A DNA stretch of 63,559 bases, the filler included, from Reticulomyxa filosa (lineage: Eukaryota; Protista; Foraminifera): NCBI GenBank assembly GCA_000512085.1. It is 18 parts of 18 records of this genome, joined end to end, with 100 filler letters (N's around TTAATTAATTAA, not from the genome) between each part and the next. Parts side by side here need not be neighbours in the genome. Positions count along the whole stretch, not along the records: positions 1 to 4,473 come from ASPP01026473.1; positions 4,574 to 8,211 come from ASPP01018509.1; positions 8,312 to 10,821 come from ASPP01045633.1; positions 10,922 to 12,623 come from ASPP01026969.1; 14 more parts are not named here. The stretch is one strand, 5' to 3'. Numbering within the stretch: the stretch's first letter is position 1; every line of letters starts with the position of its first letter. Under the pieces are notes generated by a model. That model had not been told where the DNA came from. It made no database searches and saw only the letters and a program-made list of their open reading frames with translations. A program made the position numbers and the translations under genes. Of this stretch, positions 1 through 11,678 are shown one piece after another.

Positions 1-3
1 CTT

Positions 4-45
<42 letters not shown>

Positions 46-535
46 CGTTGTCGAGATATGATATTATTATTGAATTGGACAAGCAGACAAAAGCGCATGT
101 GCTTGAGTTTGGACTGTCATTACATTGTCTTGAAAGAAACAAAAGTAAATCCTGCAACATCCAAAAAAAAAATAAATAAATAATAACAACTAAACATACT
201 GACAAATTACCGATCGTTGGAAAAATTGATGTCAATGACGTGAGTTATGTGTATCGACTATCATTCATCACTTTCCATATGCCATTGCAAACAATGAAGT
301 CCTTGTTCATAATTATCTTGAAGCCACAATCATCTGCTAATACAAATCCCTTTCCTTCTGTTTCTTCATCCGGTGACATTCCCCTGTGTTTGTTATCACT
401 CAAATGCTAGAAGAGTCAATCCGTTGGGTTCGTGCACCAAAGATTGAAATCCAAATCCAAACATTGTCACAAGTACAGTAGTCAAACCAAAAGCGATGTT
501 TGCAAACATACCACAATGGACAGTAATTTACAGGG

Positions 536-925
536 ATTGTCTTTTTTTTTTCTCACTGAAATCTTTAAGTATTTTCAAAAAATAAGTGAAATACTGAAAA
601 GATATTCAACAAGCAAAAAAGGAAAGGCGAGAAAGTTAGCGAAAGAAGAGTATAACAGTATTGTCTTAGCTCAAAAAAAAAGGAGCAACAAGTTTTCTTT
701 ACAAACAAATTATTTATTTTTCTTTTCGTAGACAAATAATTTCAACAATATGGAAAATGTCAATTTTCAAAAAAGATTTGTCAATTTTTGTTTTTTTTTA
801 AAATAAACAAGTCCTTCTCAGCATATCTTTTACATTTTTACAAAGAATCAATATTTTGAGGACTTTGTGTAGCTTTAAATTTGACACGCTTAGTAAACAA
901 GACAAGACAAAAAAAAACTTGGAAA
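536..925 (+). repeat. Diverged ~390-bp direct repeat, copy 1 (copy 2 at 2683-3085)
   Basis: Colinear shared blocks, e.g. actgaaatctttaagtattttcaaaaa, gttagcgaaaga, aacagtattgtc, agacaaataatttcaa, tcttttacatttttacaaagaatcaatatttt. Confidence 0.9.
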
Positions 926-1287
926 GGCTTTCTTGCAATGGAAAAGGCATTACTTCAAATGAACAAAAAGCTTTGTTCATATAATGTCACACCACATTAC
1001 TTGTATCGATCTAAGCCTACCTTTGGCAAAGCAACTCAACGGCCCTATTGTTATCCGCGTGCAACAAGGAAGGAGAGATATATCTTATCATAAAAAAAAA
1101 AAAAAAAGTAATGGAAAAGCGCGAAAGAAATAAAGAGTTAGTTCGAGTCATTTACGAAGTGCCATGTGGTATTTGTTTAGATTATTTGAAATTGAAAATC
1201 AAAGACCCGATTAAAACCTCCTTACAAATTGTATAAATCGACGATGGGAGATACTTAAAGGTACTACTTTGGTATTGAAACGCATGA

Positions 1288-1762
1288 AAGAAGAAAATAA
1301 ACAATTTGAACAGCTGTGTCATATGTTTGGAAGAAATAGACTACAAAAACTACTGCACATTATCTCGTTGTCGGCACTTGTATCATTTCTCATCTCAAGC
1401 TTTCTGGAAACAATCACTGTCCCTTGTGTCGCTCGCGGTTTGAAATGATTCAAACCCGCAAAATTGAAGACAAAATCCAAAAAATAATCTTGGAGTTATT
1501 TCAAATCAATCAACTCACTGAAAATGACAAAGATGATATCAATGACAGCAATATGAGAGATATTCTTTCTAGAGTGAAGCGAACGAATAGCTTGTTTTCA
1601 GCTATTAATACGCTTCCAACAACCAAACATTTTATGTCCAACAATGGATTTATTAATTGTGCTCTATGTGATCATTTCTTCCATGTTAAATGTATAAACC
1701 CAGATCTCTTTATTCAATGTCAAGAATGTCTAATGTTAAGTAATTGCAAGTCCTTATTTTAG
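1288..1762 (+). pseudogene. RING finger plus partial PHD-like zinc finger, frameshifted
   Basis: CVICLEEIDYKNYCTLSRCRHLY from 1315 continues after a frameshift as NNHCPLCRSRF. The C-terminus CALCDHFFHVKC...QCQEC matches the C-x2-C-x4-H-x2-C...C-x2-C part of a PHD finger. Confidence 0.7.
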
Positions 1763-2682
1763 TATAATGCTATGCGTGTATAATCTGCATATGTTTTGCA
1801 TTTATTTATATGATTCATTAACAATACTAATTCTTGATTGATTTGTATACAGATCGTGCGTACAATGTGGATAATGTTTAGACTCATACACATGATGATG
1901 AATAATAAAATATTGAAATCGTTTTGTTCACGTTTTTACAAATTTTTCTTTATGTTTTTAATACAATGCTGGTGTTCAATTAGTTAATTTTTTCTATTTT
2001 GTTGGAAATTGTTCCATTTACGTTAATGTTCCGAGTAACATATATCAGTGTTAGCCATTGTTCAATATGATTTGACAAAAAAACTTGCAAATTTTAACAA
2101 GCTTCAATTACGTCCCTTTTTTTTTTTTCTTTGAGATCGAGTTACTTAAAAATTAATATTATGAAAAACTAAGCAGCAAATCTATTGTAAAAAATGAAAA
2201 GTATATTTATAAATTATGTAAATTAACAAAATCATTATTATGATAAAAAAATTTGAATATATAATAAAAAACGAATATATATATATAAATCAGATATCGA
2301 ATGAGATAATGTGATGGAACAACAGTTTACAGGTCGCATTGCCCTAGGGCTGTATGTGAGTAGTTGAAAACCTTTGTAGTACTGAAACAAAGGCGTTGAG
2401 ACGATCCAGATTGGGCCCAATCTGTATACTGCCATCACAAATCACATATGTGCAAGTGCTCTGTAGGCTGCTATCGCATAAGTTGGTGACCAGTTCCATA
2501 AAGCACATGTCTTCGCTCTTATGGGGCCCAAGCTAACCACAGTGATCACTTTGACAATGTGATCATCTTCAGGATTCAAGCCCTGTCGATATCTTTTTTT
2601 TTTTCATTTTTCTTATTTCATTCATTCATTTTCTTCATTTTTTTTAAAAAAATATTAAGAAGTTGCACTAAGTGTAATACGA

Positions 2683-3085
2683 ATTGTCTTTTTTTTTCCA
2701 TACTGAAATCTTTAAGTATTTTCAAAAAGTAAGTGACATGCTAAAAAGATAGTCGATAAACAACAAAGGAAATACGAGAAGGTTAGCGAAAGAGAAGTGT
2801 AACAGTATTGTCCTAGTTCAAAAAAGGATTAACACAAGTTCTCTTTACACTTTGGCAAGAATTCATTTCTTTCAATTTTTGCAGACAAATAATTTCAATA
2901 GTAATGGAGAATAGCAATTTTCAAAACAAGCTTTGCCAATTTTTGTTAAAAAAAACAATTATCCTGAAGAAATCTTTTTCAGTACATCTTTTACATTTTT
3001 ACAAAGAATCAATATTTTTATGATTTTGTGCAGCTTTTATTTTACACGCTTAATAAACAAGAAAACAAACAAAAAATTGTAAACT
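2683..3085 (+). repeat. Diverged direct repeat, copy 2
   Basis: Aligns by eye to 536-925 along its length. Confidence 0.9.
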
Positions 3086-4119
3086 ATTATTTATTTTCTG
3101 GTGCTTTGGTATTTTTGAGCCTCTATAAAAGACTTGCCCTTATTTTCTATGGGATTTTGTATCTTTTTCTTGTAAAGGCATTGCATTATTTGCTTTATCT
3201 GTTCGTTGGCTTCATTAAAACTTGATAAAGCTTTTTCAATAGCAGCTTGTCCACCTTGTAATATACCAGCAGGTAATTGAAGAAATTATCTTGTCTTCTG
3301 TACAGACAGTAAAATATGTAAGTGGAGTCAATCATCATTGCCATTTGTCACTTCTCCTATTAGCAATGTTGATATATTTCAATTAGAGCAATTCCGTGGT
3401 ATAAATTTTACTGATTTGTACTCAAATCAGAAATAGAGCAAAAGAGATGGTCGAAAAAAGGAAAAGGAGAATGTTCTACAATAATTGAGAATTTCATATC
3501 GGATATAATGAAAAGATAATGCGTTTGAATGTCTGAAATTGTATGCATTTTATACAAGCAAATACTCTGTTTTTTGTGTTGATTGCTATGACGTGTTATT
3601 TCAATATTTTGTTTTGGTCAGCTTTTCTTCACCTAATAACAATTCCCCTTTTTTAAAAGAAAAGTTGCTTGGTCAATTGTTCGTCAAAAAGAATAAAATG
3701 TCATCCATCAGTCACTTCATTCCATTCAAGTAACTGATTTTCTCTTACAAGTCTCCAATCCTGTTGCTGTAGGTCTTGCTTCTCACCTCAGTCACAAAAA
3801 AAAAGGCGAAAATATGAACTCGAATTTTTCAAGTAAACGAACAGGTCTCAAATTGAATAAAAGTAATTTTTTTCCACAAAGAAGCACGACCTTTGAAATA
3901 AAACTGTACTTCGATAAAAAATGAAACTTTTCCTTTGTCTCAAAAGGCACGGTAAATCGAAGTATTTTACTTGATTTAAAAACTAAGGGAACGTCCAATT
4001 CCACTTTAACCTACAAAAAATATAACTGCAACATTTCTCACATATTTTTCTTCTACATTCTGTTAAAGCGTCCCTTCCTCCTAATTTTTTCAAAACGATT
4101 AAGTGGGAAAAGTTAAATT

Positions 4120-4473
4120 ATGGGCAATCAAACAGGGAAAAAAAAAAATCCCGCTGAAGAGCTGGATGCAACGAAAGAAAAATTAACACGACATTACCAA
4201 TCACAAGATAAATTGGCCCCATTATTCGATGATCCTGAACAATTCATTGACACGTATTATATTCGATTGGCTCTTTTAACTCAGCAACAATTCCAGCAAC
4301 AAAAAGATAAAATGATCAACAATCAAGAGAAAGGAAAAAGTGAAGAAGATGAAAAAAATAAAGATTACAAAGAAAATGGAAAATGGATAAATTCATTAGA
4401 TTATTCATTAATTTATGGAAATCAAACTGAAAATATCGAATTGCAAGATATTTGGAATGATAAACAAAAAGAA
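4120..4473 (+). CDS. N-terminus of NACHT/HEAT-family protein, truncated by contig end
   Basis: KLTRHYQSQDKLAPLFDDPEQFID..YIRLALLTQQQFQQQKDKM is homologous to the N-terminus of the NACHT pseudogene at 24901. Starts MGNQTG. Confidence 0.75.
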
Positions 4474-4573
4474 NNNNNNNNNNNNNNNNNNNNNNNNNNN
4501 NNNNNNNNNNNNNNNNNTTAATTAATTAANNNNNNNNNNNNNNNNNNNNNNNNNNNNNNNNNNNNNNNNNNNN
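4474..4573. other. Artificial contig linker (N44-TTAATTAATTAA-N44), first of 17
   Basis: Identical 100-bp spacer with stops in all six frames. Also at 8212-8311, 10822-10921, 12624-12723, 14175-14274, 16751-16850, 17898-17997, 19135-19234, 20438-20537, 26806-26905, 29736-29835, 30867-30966, 35047-35146, 50784-50883, 52091-52190, 59296-59395 and 60507-60606. Confidence 0.99.
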
Positions 4574-6930
4574 ACCCAAACACGATTTAACGACAGGTAA
4601 AAGAAACTTGGAACAGGTGCACATAAATGATCAATCGAAATGACAGCAAGCCCGTGTGAAAAGGAGGAGGGCCTAGCGCCACCGACACATTACCAATATC
4701 CAAGCTTTTTTTTTGATTTGATAAATAATGAACTGGCTTTTGAATCGTCGATCTAATTGTCGACTGGAACGACGTTGATCCTTTTGTAACAGATGCGTAC
4801 ATTAGCTCTTCAGTGCACAAATCAAATCGCAAAATAACCCAAATATTGGGGCGAACAACACCAGTCCAATGTGTTAAAAAAAATGAACAACCAGAGTAAA
4901 AGATGACATGGACTGCATCTTGTCGTCGTCATTGTAAGCGTCACTGGCGCTGTACTTGTCATTGTCACACCTGGTAATAAACTTCCATTGGGGGCGCATT
5001 ATGTGAAATTGGTCCATATATAAGTGCGCAAAGCCGCCACTCGAGGGTGTGAAGGGCCATTTCATAACTGAAGTTGAAGACGATCTTTTTTTCTTTTTTT
5101 AAAATAAATTCAACGCGGGTATTATCGGATTCCTTTCTATTCATCATCACACACCTTCCTCCTCCTGTCTTCATCTTCTTGCTTACTGATGATATCGACT
5201 TGATTTTCCACCAAATTGAGTCACGATACTGGAAGGATAGTTCCACGTGAGAGTGTCTTACTCGACGGATCATATGTGATTACCTATTTCCTACAACATC
5301 CGCATCCTCTTGTTGTCTTTCTTTCATTTCTTCTTACCAATCCAGTTGCTGCTGTTGCTGCGATACCGTAGTTTTGCGCGATATTGCAACATCTTTTTCT
5401 TTCTTTTTGACCAAGCTCGCCTTTTGTAGCCGGACAGCTCCAAGATCCAGATCGTTGACGATTGAACTGGTAAACTGTTTCAATGCAGCCATACAATGGA
5501 TATTCTCTAAACACCAAATTCATTCGCTGTCGTCACCCTCATAATGAGATACACGCTTTTGTTCTTGGATCATTGTTGCTATTGGAAGTTCTTTCATCCA
5601 TCACTATACGTCCGTTCAACAATTTTTGGATTGGCATCTGATGATGAATGGTATCATTTGCACTTCCTTTTTTTGGACGTATTCTCTGTTGTTCTTCTCG
5701 TCTGCTTTCTTGATCGCCATCCAATACGTCGTTAGTAGCCAATAATCTATCCTTGGTGCAGTTCAGCAAAGATTATATGCGCTCTTTCGACAAAAGTAAG
5801 GCACACAACTCTTACAGTAGTGAAGTCAAAAAAATGCAATAATCTTTCTATGTCCACCAATTATCAATGCTCAAAGGTTGCATGCGAACGTACGATTTAC
5901 CTAATCAGCACGCATATGATTCAAAAAATTTGCACGCACACACACGACTAGTTTCGACACTGGCGCCCAATTTCTGCGTTTTGATTGTTGTGCTGCGTTC
6001 CATAACGACAGAATATGGAGTTTTCCATAGTCATTGGAGCAAGTGGATTACAGTTGGACATCACCTTTGCGGATAATTGTTGACATAGTAAAACGCCAGA
6101 GACTTGTGTTCGGGACTTCGGATTACCGCTGCTAGACATTGTCGTATTCGTTCCATATTTTCCATTAGAGCGCATTATGTGAAGTTAACATACGCCTGCG
6201 AGTGGCGATTTTGCGTGTTTCCGAACGTGAAAAGCAATCCAATAACGAAAGTCAATAAAGCCGGCAGACTATTTAATTTTTTTTCACTCACTCCTCCCCT
6301 TTTTAAGCAAATCATCAATCTCATACTCTTTCTCTAGTCAGATAATGCAACCAGCATATCTCTTTTTTCACCTATAAACAATCTCCAACGTTTCGCGAAC
6401 TCAGATTCCAAGTTGCGAATGTGCGAATACATACGACCAGTTTCTACATTCACAAAATAGCCCAATTTTTATAACGACGATTGTTCCCTGTTCGTTGGCG
6501 CATATAGACCGCAGTTCGGCGCCTTCTTTGGGGCTGCTCCGTGCCAATAATTATCCGCAGATATTTTTGTGCGCATCTATTGATGGCAAACGCTCTTTCC
6601 AATGCTTCGACTGCCACTACTTGAAATTGCCTTCTTCTCCTCGACATTTCCTTGCGTCTTGGTATCTTGACGAGAGTTTTGCACAACTTCTTCACCGAAC
6701 TGGGCCACTTTCCACATAGAACGATTATCTCGATTGTAATCCAACTCAAACGAATGTAAATTGGCGACCCACAATACATTGTTCACTAAGTGTTAGGACA
6801 ATGTGACGATTGCAAAGTATTGAGTCGCATCCAACATGTCGCCTGTGGTCTAGTCGTCGCATGCGTGCCTCCAAAGCGCGAAAACGCAGGAGTATAATAT
6901 CCATTCGATTGGAGCGATCAGTCTCCTCTC
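4574..6930 (-). pseudogene. Degenerate, GC-richer coding-like segment of an unidentified multicopy family
   Basis: Broken minus-strand frames (GGFAHLYMDQFHIMRPQWK, VPVDN*IDDS, LDIGNV) are conserved in a second copy at 13434-14174. Many stops and frameshifts. Confidence 0.5.
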
Positions 6931-6939
6931 ATGATCGTC

Positions 6940-7330
6940 AAATTTTTTTTTTTCATCTTTTTTTTCCCTTTTTCTTTTTTCTTTGATATCTTTTAAATTT
7001 TTTTTCTTTTTTCCCTTTTTTGACATTGCTTTTTTTTTTTCTTTTTCCCTTTTTCACATTGCTTCTTTTTTTTTCTTTTTCATTTTCCAATTTTTTTTTT
7101 CATTTCTTTTTTATTTTTCTTCTTCTTTTTTTTCTTTTTCCATTTCTTAAATAAATTTTTCCATTTTTTATAATTTCTTTTTCCACCCTTTTCAAATTTA
7201 TTCTTTTCCCATCTATTTTTCCAATTTTTTCACTTTTATTTTCTTTTTCCCCCAAATTGTCCCTATCCCCTCTCTCAAATACAAATAAAAATATAAAAAA
7301 ATAAAACTTTTCCATCTTTTTTTTTGATCA
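6940..7330. repeat. T-rich low-complexity tract
   Basis: Poly-T runs interrupted by C and A. May be low-quality sequence. Confidence 0.7.
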
Positions 7331-8311
7331 TTGAACCCTAAAACAAATCACAAATTGAAAAAATTTTTCATTTTTAAAAACAAATAAAAACGTACTTTTG
7401 TAATCGAGCTAAAAGCTCTAATTCCAATAAACTATTTTTTTTTCTTTTATTATAGGGAGGGGGCAAATACATTTTTTTTTATGGGTGCATGCCTGTTCAC
7501 AAACACACAAACGTTTGACAAAAAATAAAAAATAAAAAAAACAGAAAATATAAACTCTTTGATTTTTTTTGGAGCGGGGTGGCTTCAACCCCCGAAGTTT
7601 TTCTTTGGATGTGGTGGGGATGTGGATTTGTACAATTTTTTTTTTTTTTGACAGACGGGTTGCGGCTGTTAATCAAAAAACAACAAAGTTAATTAAGTCA
7701 AAAAAAATTATATAAATATATATCAAACCTGTTGTACTCCTTGCGGAGACGGGGGGCCTTACCCCATATTCAAATTTTATTTTTCTCTTGCAGAAGGATG
7801 GACAGCGTCCAAGCAAAAATGACATTTTTTTATTATTTTTTTTAGAGTTTGCGAACTGTTCAACAAAAACGAAACAAAACCACTTTTTAAGTTTCAAAAT
7901 AACTTACAAAAGAAAAAAGACCTACCAGTTTTTGCGAAGAGGGCGATTAGCACTAATTGTGGACTGGTACGAGATATAGAGATAAAAAAAAAAAAAGACC
8001 TTTTTTTCTTAAGTAAGACATAAATGCACAACTCACAAATGTTTATAAAAAATAAGTTAGTTTGTATTTTTTTTGAATATTTTGACAAAACAAATTGAAA
8101 AAAATAATTGTATATTATTTCATTTTTGGTTCTACATTTGTGATTCCAAAAAACGGATTAATCACATATAATTGAAATTAAAATTGTTTTTTTTGGAATA
8201 AATCATCACTTNNNNNNNNNNNNNNNNNNNNNNNNNNNNNNNNNNNNNNNNNNNNTTAATTAATTAANNNNNNNNNNNNNNNNNNNNNNNNNNNNNNNNN
8301 NNNNNNNNNNN

Positions 8312-9420
8312 ACAGACAGGAGCGAATAGATCATTTGATGAATTGTCTGTGACCAATTGCGCCAGTACCACGTTGGCTATCAATAATATGTGTAGCCGCA
8401 GCAATCTTTTACTTCCAATGTATCATGCTCTAATAAAAAAAAATTGATATTCCAAATTTATGCAAAAGCCAACGCACAAGTCCGAGCTATTGTTGCCAAC
8501 ACTCGCAAGTTCGTAATGAACCAACAATTCGATATTCGCCAAGTCACAGTCCTATCAGCGAGAAATATTTTTGAAATGCTGTTCGATAAGTCAATGTTAG
8601 TTTCTTTTTTTTTTTTTTACTACTTTTTTTTCTTTTTAAAACAACAAACAAAAAAAAAATTGTATAGGTCGTACGATGTGGCGCAAAAATGGAATATGGA
8701 CGACATGAACAAAAATGGATGACAATGACGGCAAGGACGACTTTGGCAAATGGCCCCACCAACTGCAATTGCTGGTGCAAATTTTAATGAGAGTCCGTCG
8801 CCATCATGGATCAGCACCTGCCTTTAAGGTGGAAGAAGCGCTGTTGGCGCAAAGAAGGATATATACAATACACAACTGACGAGCAGTTAAATTGCAAGTC
8901 AGTGGTGATGTAAATCCTTTTTTGTACAGCAGATCTACTTTCACCAAGGCTTGGTCTATCCAATGGCACTCACTCTATCACTCCATATCGCACTCAGTTG
9001 ATCGCATTGATCGCACTGCACACTTGCTCGTCCACAAACTGATCCTATTCAATTGACAATAGCTCAAATCTTTGTGGGGAATTTCGTTGATAATCCCCGA
9101 GCAAACTCAGAGCGCCTCCAAATCAAAACTTGACACATGTTGTCATGTCAAGTTATTTTTATGTTTTATTTTTGTTGTAATAATAATATACAAATATGTT
9201 TTTGATTGTCACGTGTATAGATTGAAAAAATATCGAGCAGCGATTGTGCAAATGGTTGGATGAATTAAATGAAAAGAAAAAAGAACACGGTGTAGAAACC
9301 ACTCGTCTCCGAAAGGAGAAATAAAGGTTGTTCTATCTATTTTTTTTTAAAAATATGTTTAAGTGTTGTATTGTGTGTTGTGTGACATAGGTTCCTCCGT
9401 CCGCAAAGATTGTTACAAAT
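8312..9420 (+). pseudogene. Disrupted intron-containing hypothetical gene
   Basis: Exon-like frames (IFQIYAKANAQVRAIVANTRKF..., GKWPHQLQLLVQILMRVRRHHG) separated by GT..AG T/A-rich introns, with frameshifts and stops. No family recognised. Confidence 0.35.
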
Positions 9421-9732
9421 ATGTTTACCTCCCTTCACACAAAAGAAAAAAAAAGAATAAGGGGTCGCAATCTACACATGTATCCTCAATGAGGAATAAT
9501 GGTTTGTGATATTTATATTCGTTTATATATACATAGATATTCTTTTGTTATATAATATTGTGTTTGTGATTCAATAGATTCCCCCTGCAAAGAAAAAACA
9601 TATATACATATATATATTTATTTATTTACATAACTAAAAAAAGGATTGTGAGTGTCTGTACATAAATAGAAATGGAGATCGTGTCCAAATAATAGTTATG
9701 AATATATTTTTTAATCTTTAGTAAGGGAAATT

Positions 9733-10390
9733 GATCGCTGTGATAAATGTCAATACGAGAGCAAAGAATAGATTGGACATTCAAGTAAGTGCATATTTTG
9801 TGGAGAATTCTCTAGTGATATGCAATTATGCCATTATTCGAATTCAAAACAGAGAATGCATATTATCAATATCAGAACAACAAAAACAATGCATTCAAAA
9901 TAACAAGTATCAACCAAACACGAAAGAAAGGCAGCTTTATTTGAAGATATATGTTATTTTTGTCATATTTTCAGCTTTTGTGATATGTCTTAACCAAAAC
10001 AATGTAGACATGGATCACACAGCAACACTTGGATTAGCACGCAATACTTTCATTCAATGTACTGAAAGAATATATTAAAAATGCAACTACAATTGAATGT
10101 TGAATATAATGAAGTGTATAATGGAATAGCATTGGAACAAGCTCTTGTTGCAAAAGCAAACATTCATTCCATTCAAAATGGGTCATGTTATCGTCGTGAT
10201 GAATCAACCAATCAAACTTATTTTTAATTATCTAAATTCAACTAAACAAGTCCATTTTTGTCAATTTTATCAAACAAAGTTTACCAAACTTATTACAAAT
10301 ATCAAACAAATTGATAAAAATGGATTCAATTTTATTTTGATGCAAATGTGCTTTATTGTGAAGCAATTCCTTCATTATCTTCTATCTTTT
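9733..10390 (+). pseudogene. Cys-rich (CxxC) coding relic with multiple in-frame stops
   Basis: One frame reads DRCDKCQY..KCIFCGEFS...DICYFCHIF...WIQFYFDANVLYCEAIP, interrupted by several stops. Confidence 0.45.
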
Positions 10391-10479
10391 AAATTTTTTT
10401 TTAATTTAACTTGAACAATGAAATTTTCGTAAACTTTTGGACGAGGTAAATTTTTTTTTATTTGTTAAAAAGAAATATC

Positions 10480-10765
10480 GACAACACATCAATCATTCCC
10501 AAATTTCAATTCTATTGCCAGAAGAAACTAAGGATGTATTACCATTTGGAGAAATAGCTATTGTTGTTATATTAATGTGTCTATCTAATATCTTTATTTC
10601 ATATCCTGCTTTTATATCCCACAATAGAAGTAAACCATTTTCAAATCCAATCAAAATTGTTTGAAAATTTGGAAAATATTGCCAATCTATTAAATAACTT
10701 TCACATATTCTTTGTAACACATTTTTCTTTCTATCATGGTAGAAGATTTTTGGCCTTCATCTGAA
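10480..10765 (-). pseudogene. WD40-repeat C-terminal fragment
   Basis: LLLLWDIKAGYEIKILDRHINITTIAISPNGNTSLVSSGNRIEIWE. DNA-level paralog of 23090-23225. Confidence 0.8.
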
Positions 10766-10921
10766 GAGTGGAAGAGCAGACAAAATATTATATATTTATG
10801 GCACTTGAAAAGTTATACAAANNNNNNNNNNNNNNNNNNNNNNNNNNNNNNNNNNNNNNNNNNNNTTAATTAATTAANNNNNNNNNNNNNNNNNNNNNNN
10901 NNNNNNNNNNNNNNNNNNNNN

Positions 10922-11529
10922 TCACCATTACAAAGCAATAATGACAATAAGAATGATAATAAAAATAACAGTATTGGTATAATTGGTGGCAATGGATATA
11001 CAATTTGTTCTGGATCATTTGATACAACCATTCGAATATGGGATATTGAAACAACAAAACAATTAATCGTATTTAGAGAACATGAAGATTGGGTTAATAG
11101 TGTAAAATATGGATCAAATGAATTAATGAATAAATATTATCTGGATCATCTGATAATAGCGTTCGTTTGTGGGATATTCGATATAATAAACAAATTCAAA
11201 TATTTAATGGACATGAAGGTATTGTAAGTTGTGTTGAATATTCACCATTTGCGATAAAGAATATCGAAATTGGTGGTAGTTCAAATGTGATATGTTCTGG
11301 ATCAGATGATAAAACAATTCGTTTTTGGGATATTCGATCAAATAAGAAAGAATTATATGTAATTGAGAAAAAAAGATTATAAAGGATATAACGAATATGA
11401 TAAAGATGATGAAGGCATAAATTGTCTTAAATTTGTGTCATTGAAAAAGAAAAAACGAGTAAAAATAGTAGTTGTGATGTTAATTTATATTGTGGTTCAG
11501 GAGAAGGTATTATTCTTGTTTGGGGATGA
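10922..11529 (+). pseudogene. WD40-repeat protein, 3' part, frameshifted
   Basis: ICSGSFDTTIRIWDIET, LSGSSDNSVRLWDIR, NGHEGIVSCVEYSP, ICSGSDDKTIRFWDIR; ends ILVWG*. Frameshifts near 11135, 11370 and 11460. Confidence 0.9.
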
Positions 11530-11678
11530 ATACAAAGTTAAACTTTTTTTTTCATTATTGAGAAAAAGAAAACATCATATTTACAAATGAAACATTTTGT
11601 TTACATACAATTCTTAAGGATTTCAAGCACTTTAAATTAAAATGATATTATTACAAAAAATTGTAAAGTAATATTTTT

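Noticed and set aside
432-535. LINE ORF1 zinc-knuckle relic (KHCHKYSSQTKSDVCKH)
   Set aside because: Too few ligands are conserved and there is no adjacent APE or RT.
536-3085. Autonomous LTR retrotransposon
   Set aside because: No gag, protease, RT or integrase lies between the repeats, and no clear TG..CA termini, PBS or TSD is visible.
3240-3285. LPAGILQ on the minus strand, like the M13 peptidase motif
   Set aside because: Seven-residue match only, with no HExxH or other M13 context.
4518-4529. Recurrent palindrome TTAATTAATTAA as a biological motif
   Set aside because: It is always centred in exactly 44+44 N, so it is an artificial six-frame-stop linker. ORFs ending in X..LIN are artefacts, and no cross-linker gene clustering can be inferred.
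7720-7790. KPVVLLAETGG, like a SLOG/TRPM motif
   Set aside because: Isolated motif in homopolymer-rich, probably low-quality sequence.
9733-10390. Alternative genetic code or stop read-through
   Set aside because: Intact genes (Kelch exon, CBL, cyclase) have no internal stops and end at TAA or TGA. All three stop types occur in the relics, usually with frameshifts.
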